64,000 nt of DNA from Minisyncoccia bacterium (GTDB lineage Bacteria > Patescibacteriota > Minisyncoccia > Phycocordibacterales > UBA2100), in assembly GCA_049297775.1 (NCBI GenBank), contig JBAQUX010000009.1:38432-102431 (forward strand). The letters run 5' to 3'. Each line of letters begins with the position of its first letter. Positions within the stretch are counted from its first letter, which is position 1. This document shows, one piece after another, positions 57,312 to 64,000 of the stretch. Below the pieces are notes generated by a model, which made no database searches, was not told where the DNA came from, and saw only the letters and a list, made by a program, of their open reading frames with translations. The position numbers and the translations under genes are program-made.

Positions 57312-57881
57312 CTATTTCGCATCTAGAGAAATTGCACACACCGCGGGCCTATCAATGTCTTTAATTACAAGAAAAAGAGATACGGTAACAAGGAATAAGC
57401 CGAGTGGGCCAAATTCAAAACCATGAAATGGGAGGTATGTGCGCACCGCGGCAACTCCAGCCGCAGGAAGCAACAACGAGAGCACTACGGAACCGCAGGA
57501 CAAACAACCAACACCAAACAGAGTTGATACCATACCAAGTGTGCTCGTCCCTGCACTACGGAGCATGAAATGTTTTCTACGTAATGCGTACACGATGAGC
57601 GCAAACAGCACTGAGGAACAAAAAATTGTAGTGATAGTTATAATAAAACCAATAGGACTACTATTTTCAAGAAGCCATCCTTGAAGGGTGCGTGTGAGTT
57701 TCAATAAACCTAAAATACCTGTATCGCTTCGATAGAGCGCAGAGAATGTTTGCCAATTAGGAAGTACATTCAAACCTATATATTGAATGAAAAAGGCTAC
57801 CAGTGTAATGGTCGCATATGCTGGTATTGAGAGCACCCGCAAAATTACTGAATGGACCATTAATCTCTTCAAGACAGACAT
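57312..57881 (-). CDS. Hypothetical membrane protein with intramembrane CxxC motif (GVGCLSCGSV)
   Basis: 4-5 TM; CxxC within a predicted helix; adjacent to DsbB/DsbA-like genes, suggesting a redox-related role (context only). Confidence 0.3.
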   Translation of the reverse strand: MSVLKRLMVHSVILRVLSIPAYATITLVAFFIQYIGLNVLPNWQTFSALYRSDTGILGLLKLTRTLQGWLLENSSPIGFIITITTIFCSSVLFALIVYALRRKHFMLRSAGTSTLGMVSTLFGVGCLSCGSVVLSLLLPAAGVAAVRTYLPFHGFEFGPLGLFLVTVSLFLVIKDIDRPAVCAISLDAK

Positions 57882-57926
57882 GGATACAGAATATCACTCG
57901 TATAAGGTTTATTGAAATGATAGACT

Positions 57927-58493
57927 GTGCAGATGGACCTTAACCAATTTTCACTTCTTATTATTATGGCTGTTTCTGCAGTATTTGTTTTTGAAATATT
58001 CGCGCTTGCCCTCTATGCATGCTCTCGTCAGGTGCGCACACAGTTACAAAACATACCCTATACCTACTATCTCCTTGCGATAGGTGCCCTTTCATTAGCA
58101 TCAACCGTTGGCGCGCTTATATTTCAACTGTGGTATCTGACACCAGTGTGTGAGCTGTGTTGGTGGCAGCGAGTTTTCATGTTCCCGATTACTATCATAG
58201 TCGGCGTTGCACTCTACTCAAAAGATAGATTCGCGCACATCACCACTGGAATACTGACACTTATTGGTGGTTTCTATGCTGCATATCATTACTACTACCA
58301 CTACCAAGGATTAGTACTTGGTAAGACACTCAGCCTGCCATGCTCAACTTTTGGACTTCTTCCTTCATGCACAGATAGCGCAATACTTATCTTTGGATTC
58401 GTCACCATTCCACTCATGGCACTCCTTTCTTTCGGCGCACTTCTTATTCTCATGTATCTTGCACACTATTCTCTGTCTCGCACACAGATATAA
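57927..58493 (+). CDS. Disulfide bond formation protein B (DsbB/BdbC family)
   Basis: Two Cys pairs in loops: LTPVCELCWWQRVFMFP (cf. BdbC CVLCWYQR) and LSLPCSTFGLLPSCTD; 4 TM. Confidence 0.7.
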   Translation: MQMDLNQFSLLIIMAVSAVFVFEIFALALYACSRQVRTQLQNIPYTYYLLAIGALSLASTVGALIFQLWYLTPVCELCWWQRVFMFPITIIVGVALYSKDRFAHITTGILTLIGGFYAAYHYYYHYQGLVLGKTLSLPCSTFGLLPSCTDSAILIFGFVTIPLMALLSFGALLILMYLAHYSLSRTQI

Positions 58494-58495
58494 TG

Positions 58496-58523
58496 TAAAA
58501 AACCTCGCAATGCGAGGTTTTTT
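58496..58523. terminator. Bidirectional rho-independent terminator (aaaaaa-cctcgcaatgcgagg-tttttt)
   Basis: 6-bp stem with flanking A/T runs between convergent genes. Confidence 0.75.
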
Positions 58524-58544
58524 ACAACTACGGGAACGTAACGA

Positions 58545-59219
58545 TTACTTTTTCTCTTCAACTGGTGTAACAGGTCCTGTCCCTGCATCTGTAATTAATT
58601 GTGAAAATGCCTCAAATGAACCAGGCATATCAAGTGGCTTACCATTGAGGAAAAATGTTGGAGTACCACGCACGCCCGCAGTAATACCTCCATCGTAGTC
58701 ACGCTGTACGCGAGCTTTTGTTTCTGGTGATGCAACGTCCATTGCGAAGCGCTCCATATCTAGACCTAACGTGTTTGCGACACCTTCAAAGTACGCAGGG
58801 TCGGCAACATTCTTACCTCCCCACTCCTTTTGAGTCTCAAAAAGTTTGTCATGCATCTCCCAAAACTTACCTTGCTTCCCTGCAGCTTCTGTCGCAAGTG
58901 CAGACGCCATACCGTTCATATGACCTTGTAGCGGGAAGTAGCGAGCAACGAATTTCATTTCTGGATGCTTTGCAATAAGTTCCTTTACTACAGGGTGAAA
59001 GGCCGCGCATGCTGGACATTCAAAGTCTGAATACTCAACAAGAACTACTTTTGAGTCTGCTGGTCCTACCACGTAATCATCTTTAGCGACCATGAGAGCT
59101 TGTTCTTGTTCAGCGGTTAGCGCCTGAGGTACTGATTTTTTATTTGTTAAAAAATACGCACCAATAAATACGAGTAATGCGGCGCCTATGATTCCTACTG
59201 TGGGTAATATATTTTTCAT
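58545..59219 (-). CDS. Thioredoxin-fold thiol-disulfide oxidoreductase (DsbA/BdbD-like), membrane-anchored
   Basis: N-terminal TM; active-site LVEYSDFECPACAAFHP (CPxC) in a DsbA-like fold; 224 aa. Confidence 0.8.
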   Translation of the reverse strand: MKNILPTVGIIGAALLVFIGAYFLTNKKSVPQALTAEQEQALMVAKDDYVVGPADSKVVLVEYSDFECPACAAFHPVVKELIAKHPEMKFVARYFPLQGHMNGMASALATEAAGKQGKFWEMHDKLFETQKEWGGKNVADPAYFEGVANTLGLDMERFAMDVASPETKARVQRDYDGGITAGVRGTPTFFLNGKPLDMPGSFEAFSQLITDAGTGPVTPVEEKK

Positions 59220-59283
59220 AATTAATATTTTTATGTATCTGTCTAGTATAGAGTCATACTGAGTATAAGTCGAGATGCAGGAC

Positions 59284-59847
59284 TTACTGTAAATGACCGC
59301 CTTTTAAATCTTTTCTGAGCTCTCGATAATTTGGTATCGTCTCCGCGACGAGGTCCCAAAAGCGTTCGGAATGATTAAACTCACGTAAGTGACAGAGCTC
59401 GTGCACTACCACATAGTCTGCAAGTTCTGGGCGCATGCGGGCAAGTTTATAGCTAAAATTTAAGTTACCCTTTTTAGAACAACTCCCCCATCGGGTTTTT
59501 TGATTACGGATGGCAATCTTTCCGTATGTGTATTGATAGTGCTGATTAAAAAAAGTAATTCGTGCATGAACTAATGTTCGTGCTGTTTCTTTATATGCAA
59601 GATATTCTCTGCGACTCACCCGCTGAGGCACTGCAGGGGGCATATGCCGAACACGCAGATAGGCATCAGTAATCCACTCAATCTTACTCTCTACAAACGC
59701 GTCGATTGTTTTTTGAAAAACTAATCGCGGTGCATGCACAGTAATAACACCACCGGGCTTAACTGTAATTCGTATACTTCTCCCTCGTGACACTTTCTGA
59801 ACATACGGAACAAGATCATGATCGATTTGTAACATTTTACGCTGCAT
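59284..59847 (-). CDS. YgjP-like (DUF45/SprT-like) zinc metallohydrolase
   Basis: C-terminal YVVVHELCHLREFNHSERFWDLVAETIPNY matches the DUF45 HExxH...H region. Confidence 0.7.
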   Translation of the reverse strand: MQRKMLQIDHDLVPYVQKVSRGRSIRITVKPGGVITVHAPRLVFQKTIDAFVESKIEWITDAYLRVRHMPPAVPQRVSRREYLAYKETARTLVHARITFFNQHYQYTYGKIAIRNQKTRWGSCSKKGNLNFSYKLARMRPELADYVVVHELCHLREFNHSERFWDLVAETIPNYRELRKDLKGGHLQ

Positions 59848-59875
59848 ATATTACACTACACCCACAAATATGGTG

Positions 59876-60412
59876 CTAAAACTCCGCGCGTGAAAACTGA
59901 ATTCCATATTCTTTGCACCAAATTATAACGGCATCACCATACTTCTCATACTGCTCTTTTGTTATTCTATATGCTTGCGCTCCAGAAGTACTTTTTAATG
60001 GAGCGAGGAGCAATGTCTTTTTCGTATTAATACCGCCAAGGGCACTATTTGTATACTCTTGTGGCTCTGAAAGATATACATATAAGTCAGGACCACTCAC
60101 CACAGAAAAATCATCATTAAAAGCAAGCATATATTCATCGCCAGACTTAACAAATACTGCGAGGCCCTGACCTTTGTGCAGTCTATCAATCATATTAAAT
60201 GCTCCGGATCCAAGCATTTCATACTCTGCTTCTGTATTTACTGGAGCTGGTGTTGCATATGACTCTTGCGGAAGCGCAACACTTGCTTCGTCACGCGACC
60301 CATTAAGTTTTAGTAAGGCATAGAGTGTTACACAAAGAATGAGGAGGCCTACGATAACAGAATACACATATTTCATTCCTACACTGTACGCTACGTAATT
60401 CCCCCTGTACAT
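59876..60412 (-). CDS. DM13-domain protein with N-terminal TM anchor
   Basis: SGPDLYVYLS...LAPLKSTSGAQAYRI...YGDAVIIWCKEYGIQFSRAEF resembles the DM13 domain core (GPDL.VYL...G.Q.Y.IP...VLIWC..F.V.F). Confidence 0.5.
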   Translation of the reverse strand: MYRGNYVAYSVGMKYVYSVIVGLLILCVTLYALLKLNGSRDEASVALPQESYATPAPVNTEAEYEMLGSGAFNMIDRLHKGQGLAVFVKSGDEYMLAFNDDFSVVSGPDLYVYLSEPQEYTNSALGGINTKKTLLLAPLKSTSGAQAYRITKEQYEKYGDAVIIWCKEYGIQFSRAEF

Positions 60413-60445
60413 GCTGTAGTGTAACAGTGTGTGTACTAAAATAAT

Positions 60446-60778
60446 CTAGGTAACTTTTTTACGCTTCAATTTTTTGGCGGGAAGAGCGTCGGCAATTCCG
60501 CGCAATAATTCAGCAAAATACGGTATGGTATGTATCTGCCCTTCCTCAACTACATAATGGTCTTTTGCACCAGGATACGGCGGGCCCTTTTCACACAAAG
60601 GTTCAAGTTCTGCACTTGCCGGAAGTATTTTTACATACAACGTATCATCACACACCAGAGCAACTACTTTCCCATCTGCATAGAGCGCATACTCGCCAAA
60701 CATGGCGCGAAATGTAAAATGCCTTGGCTCTCCAATCTTTTCCAATATGTATGCAATTGTTTCTGCCTGCGTGGACAT
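60446..60778 (-). CDS. TfoX N-terminal domain protein
   Basis: RAMFGEYALYADGKVVALVCDDTLYVKI matches the TfoX_N core (MFG...L...G...a.i.dd.LylK); 110 aa. Confidence 0.6.
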   Translation of the reverse strand: MSTQAETIAYILEKIGEPRHFTFRAMFGEYALYADGKVVALVCDDTLYVKILPASAELEPLCEKGPPYPGAKDHYVVEEGQIHTIPYFAELLRGIADALPAKKLKRKKVT

Positions 60779-60839
60779 ATGTGCAGAGTATCATATCTTT
60801 CCTTGCATTTCTGTCAGTCACGGATGCAGGTAGTGCTTG

Positions 60840-61226
60840 CTAACGCCACACACGATAGAGCGCCCATGCAACGACTCCGGCGGACATTACAATTGCCACC
60901 TCAACAATTTCAAACTCAGCTACACCACCAAAATACCTTAACGATGCAGGCACCAATGGCCAACAAATTACCCAGGAAAAAATATATGTGCTGTATTGTT
61001 TGGTGTATGGCACCGATGGTATGACAAGTAAGGCGATGCCAACGCACACATCAAATATACCGACTCCATACGCAAGATACTGAGCAACCGGTGCAAGCGG
61101 AGTAAGTACTGAAATAATATCTACGAATTCTGTTGGGTCTGCAATAACTTCAAGTAGCTTCTCACTGAAGAAATAAGAAACATATACTGCGGGGATAATC
61201 CAAAGGTTTCGAAAATATTTTTGCAT
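60840..61226 (-). CDS. Hypothetical membrane protein (4 TM, possibly DoxX-like)
   Basis: Hydrophobic; weak resemblance to the DoxX topology only. Confidence 0.3.
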   Translation of the reverse strand: MQKYFRNLWIIPAVYVSYFFSEKLLEVIADPTEFVDIISVLTPLAPVAQYLAYGVGIFDVCVGIALLVIPSVPYTKQYSTYIFSWVICWPLVPASLRYFGGVAEFEIVEVAIVMSAGVVAWALYRVWR

Positions 61227-61273
61227 ATCATGATTATGGCATTACCCAGTAAATTTCATAGTACAATAACGCA

Positions 61274-61906
61274 ATGCTTATCGCTTTTGTTGTGTTGTGG
61301 TGGATCATCATTATCGGAACATTTAATACGGTTTTGAGAGGTCGCGGATACACCTATGGTGGCACACCAGTGAGAACCGGGCTTTTTTACGGCATGAGCA
61401 TAGTACTTACCGTTTTAGTGTTCGCTCCGATGAGTTTTGGGTGGCACTTTTTTAACCCCCTACACGCACTCATACTTGCCGTGTTGTATGTAGGTATCAG
61501 CTACGGTGATTTGAAAATTACGCAACGATACCCAGAAAAGGACCGAGTGTGGGTATGGAACTCCACACGTGTTAAATATGCTGATATTCTCTTCCAACAA
61601 CTTGTTATCTTTTTATTTTTTGTCAGCATCACGTTCTACTGTGAAAGCATCCTTTCGCAAGTTGCACTCTTTGCAGTAATATTCTTGATACTACATCTTC
61701 CAGTATTTCTAGTAATGCCCAAAACGATTGCCTGGGTATTTTTTCTAGCCTCAGTCTTCGCAGGGGTTCTTTTCCCGCTACTTTTTATCTTTTTGCCTCA
61801 CCTTGGTCCGTATATAACTATTGTTCTGCATATACTCTTTTATTCAGCCCTCAGAATCCTGAGGCATGATAGCGATGTGTGGGCACAATTTATAGAGAAG
61901 GATTAA
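61274..61906 (+). CDS. Hypothetical integral membrane protein (6 TM)
   Basis: Hydrophobic; no family recognised. Confidence 0.3.
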   Translation: MLIAFVVLWWIIIIGTFNTVLRGRGYTYGGTPVRTGLFYGMSIVLTVLVFAPMSFGWHFFNPLHALILAVLYVGISYGDLKITQRYPEKDRVWVWNSTRVKYADILFQQLVIFLFFVSITFYCESILSQVALFAVIFLILHLPVFLVMPKTIAWVFFLASVFAGVLFPLLFIFLPHLGPYITIVLHILFYSALRILRHDSDVWAQFIEKD

Positions 61907-61944
61907 GTGCAGAAAGTGATACTATATAGTATTAAATAAACACC

Positions 61945-62376
61945 ATGGAAAAAATTAATCTAGAAATAATAATTAATGCAAACTTGCCTAAAGTCTGGGA
62001 ACATTGGAGTAATCCGACGAGTATCCAAGGCTGGGCATTTGCTGCCGATACCTGGGAATGTCCCTACGCAGAAAATGACCTGCGAGTAGGTGGCAGATTC
62101 TTGACACGGATGTCTGCAAAAGACAGGAGCGAAGGGTTTGACTTTACGGGCACCTACACAAACGTTGTAGAACACCAGAGTATCTCATACATCATGGATA
62201 CAGCAGACGGAGAAAAAGAGCACCGAGAATGTACGGTTACATTCATAGACCTGGGGAACGGTTCCACTAAAGTTACAGAGGAGTTCTCCCCTGAAGAAAC
62301 AAACAGTATTGAGATGCAAAAAGCGGGCTGGCAAGCGATACTCGAAAACTTTAAAAACTATGTTGTAAATCACTAA
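61945..62376 (+). CDS. SRPBCC-superfamily protein (Aha1/AHSA1-like domain)
   Basis: Sequence pattern INANLPKVWEHWSNP...GWAFA...GGRF...GTYTNVVEHQ...TFIDLGNGSTKVT typical of Activator-of-Hsp90-ATPase-homolog-like SRPBCC proteins. Confidence 0.65.
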   Translation: MEKINLEIIINANLPKVWEHWSNPTSIQGWAFAADTWECPYAENDLRVGGRFLTRMSAKDRSEGFDFTGTYTNVVEHQSISYIMDTADGEKEHRECTVTFIDLGNGSTKVTEEFSPEETNSIEMQKAGWQAILENFKNYVVNH

Positions 62377-62381
62377 TACCT

Positions 62382-62888
62382 ATGAAAAAAACTACAGCGA
62401 CAACTATTGCAAAATACAATGCACTGCAGAAAAAACCTATGCGCGAAATGTGCACTGTATTACAAACTGAAATACAGAAAAATCTCAAAAAGAGCGAATC
62501 TAAAATATGGCATGGAAGTCCAGTATGGTTCATAGATGAGAACCCCATCGTCGCATATTCTACACGTGTCAGTGGAAAAGTTTCATTGATGTTTTTTAGT
62601 GGACAAAGCTTTGATGAAGTCGGCTTACAAAACGAAGGAAAATTCAAAGCAGCGGAAATATTGTATGGCGATGTATCTGAGATTAAAACTACACACCTCA
62701 GAAGGTGGCTCAAGAAGTCTGTAAAGATTCAGTGGGATTACAAGAATTTGGTAAAAAACAAAGGTACCTTAGTAAAAGTACCTGCGAGAACAGAAAAAGT
62801 GTGTAGTAGAGGCCATGTTTTTACTAAAAGTAAAGATATTCCGACTTGCCCAACATGTTGGCCAGGACGCTACAAACTCAAAAAATAA
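62382..62888 (+). CDS. DUF1801-like (YdhG-type) domain protein with C-terminal zinc-ribbon (CSRGH...CPTC)
   Basis: N-terminal region resembles the DUF1801 core; C-terminal 4-Cys cluster CSRGHVFTKSKDIPTCPTCW. Confidence 0.45.
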   Translation: MKKTTATTIAKYNALQKKPMREMCTVLQTEIQKNLKKSESKIWHGSPVWFIDENPIVAYSTRVSGKVSLMFFSGQSFDEVGLQNEGKFKAAEILYGDVSEIKTTHLRRWLKKSVKIQWDYKNLVKNKGTLVKVPARTEKVCSRGHVFTKSKDIPTCPTCWPGRYKLKK

Positions 62889-62891
62889 ATT

Positions 62892-63257
62892 ATGAATGAA
62901 ACTCCAGAGCATAATGTAAAGATGGCAAAAATTGTATTTGCCTCTGTGTATCCGTACTATGTTAAAAAGGTAGAGAGTAAAGGACGCACAAAAGAAGAAC
63001 TGCTTGAAGTAATTACATGGCTAACTGGTTTTAATGAAAAGAAATTGCAAGAGCTGATTGATAAAAAAGTAACTCTCAAGGAGTTTTATACGCAAGCAAA
63101 AATCAATCCGAAAGCTCGTTTCATTACAGGACTAATCTGTGGTTATAGAGTTGAGGAAATTAAAAACAGAATAACGAAGCGGGCTAGGTATTTGGATAAG
63201 TTAATAGATGAGCTAGCGAAAGGTAGATCAATGGATAAAATTTTGCGAACGAAGTAA
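62892..63257 (+). CDS. DUF2200-domain protein
   Basis: KIVFASVYPYYVKKVESKGRTKEELLEVITWLTGF...GLICGYRVEEIKNRITKRARYLDKLIDELAKGRSMDKI closely matches the DUF2200 consensus. Confidence 0.7.
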   Translation: MNETPEHNVKMAKIVFASVYPYYVKKVESKGRTKEELLEVITWLTGFNEKKLQELIDKKVTLKEFYTQAKINPKARFITGLICGYRVEEIKNRITKRARYLDKLIDELAKGRSMDKILRTK

Positions 63258-63331
63258 GCACGGCTGATACTTCGCACTGATGCGTCGTACTTTACGTAAT
63301 GATGCAAGAAATCCGAACTTTCAACGGTGGA

Positions 63332-63754
63332 TTATATTTTTGGTCTTGAACCTAAATTTTGAAAAAATCGTAAAAGATATCCATCAGGGTCTTGTACCAA
63401 GAACTGTTGATTACCAAGCTCAAAATCGCCCCGCCGATACCATTTCTCCTCCATCTCGAAGAAGACGTGATAGTTATCACTCTTAAAATTAGCGCGCACC
63501 GCATCCACATTTTTTACTTCAATCTGAAAATTAATTCCTTGCCCAAGCGGGTACTTTCTCTCACCAACAGTCCACCTGTCCTGAGACTCCAGTAATTCAA
63601 TCATAAGCATGGCGCCTTCCCTTTCGAGCATGGCAAATTTCTCCTCTGGTCTCTCATAGTGAATGCTAAACTCACACAAGCGCGTATAAAAATCTAAACT
63701 TTTTTCAAAATTTGTGACTTTTAATTCAGGTATCAATGCTGGCACACTTTGCAT
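63332..63754 (-). CDS. VOC-family (glyoxalase/bleomycin-resistance fold) protein
   Basis: Two beta-alpha-beta-beta-beta modules (LKVTNFEKSLDFYTRLCEF...; FQIEVKNVDAVRANFKSDNY...FLVQDPDGYLLRF). Confidence 0.65.
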   Translation of the reverse strand: MQSVPALIPELKVTNFEKSLDFYTRLCEFSIHYERPEEKFAMLEREGAMLMIELLESQDRWTVGERKYPLGQGINFQIEVKNVDAVRANFKSDNYHVFFEMEEKWYRRGDFELGNQQFLVQDPDGYLLRFFQNLGSRPKI

Positions 63755-63863
63755 ATAACTGGATTATATCACTGTGCCTGTGTTTTCTGCGAAAATTCTG
63801 CGGAGGATGAGAGATTCGATCACGGAGCCTCTCTGGTGTTTGCTTTACGCTCACTTAGACAGA

Positions 63864-64000
63864 TTATTTCTTTGAAAAGAAACCGACCGTATTGCCTTCG
63901 GTATCTTCAAAGAATCCGAAGAACCCAAATCCTTCCACAGGCACCTTCGCCATAATCACTTTGCCTCCCGCCGCCTCGACGCGGTCGAGCTCGCTACAGT
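63864..64000 (-). CDS. Partial CDS (C-terminal ~45 aa, 5' end beyond window): second VOC/glyoxalase-family protein
   Basis: Own translation of minus strand: ...ELDRVEAAGGKVIMAKVPVEGFGFFGFFEDTEGNTVGFFSKK*, typical glyoxalase C-terminal strand motif (G..V.GF.DPDGN.I). Confidence 0.45.
   Translation of the reverse strand, partial: CSELDRVEAAGGKVIMAKVPVEGFGFFGFFEDTEGNTVGFFSKK

Noticed and set aside
1-64000. Integrated prophage or ICE, or a transposon
   Set aside because: No integrase, transposase, recombinase, terminase, capsid or relaxase-like proteins, and no inverted-repeat-flanked cargo, were recognised anywhere in the window. tRNA-adjacent oddities are therefore reported as possible scars only.

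Overview
This is a 64 kb chromosomal segment of a compact, gene-dense bacterial genome of moderate GC content. The short IF-2, the many membrane, secreted and DUF proteins and the TTG starts fit a small-genome (possibly Patescibacteria-like) lineage, but that is inference.

About 75 protein genes are supportable. Housekeeping genes are clpB, a cysteine desulfurase, long-form hisG, a pyrD-family gene, infB-rbfA, tsaD, thrC, valS, dapF, class II RNR nrdJ, ribF-ribE-ribH, corA and an M16 peptidase. Envelope and stress genes are an L,D-transpeptidase/DD-carboxypeptidase fusion, Hsp20, a PrsW-like protease, a DsbB/DsbA pair, and an ECF sigma / anti-sigma / MacAB-like efflux operon. The rest are hypothetical.

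Four tRNA genes are recognisable: Tyr-GTA, Leu-TAA, Cys-GCA and Phe-GAA. Several clean bidirectional rho-independent terminators are present. No integrase, transposase, CRISPR array or reverse transcriptase was seen.

The features most worth a second look are:
1. Two tandem 83-84 bp repeats, each beginning with a diverged copy of the tRNA-Cys 5' half, directly upstream of the intact tRNA-Cys.
2. A 450-nt GC-enriched locus with a strong terminator and no convincing ORF (29940-30395), a candidate structured RNA.
3. A hairpin-rich intergenic region around tRNA-Phe carrying a degenerate duplicate of the tRNA 3' end.
4. An orphan 483-aa protein with a C-terminal PD-(D/E)xK-like motif.
5. A secreted-hydrolase cluster: a membrane-anchored PLD-like double-HKD protein plus two Tat-signal proteins.
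6. An ATP-grasp ligase fused into the ribF-ribE-ribH operon.
7. A membrane-anchored HtrA-like pseudoprotease lacking the catalytic triad.

No multi-gene system here could be assigned to a known defence or mobile family. All novelty claims are hypotheses and need database or structural checks.
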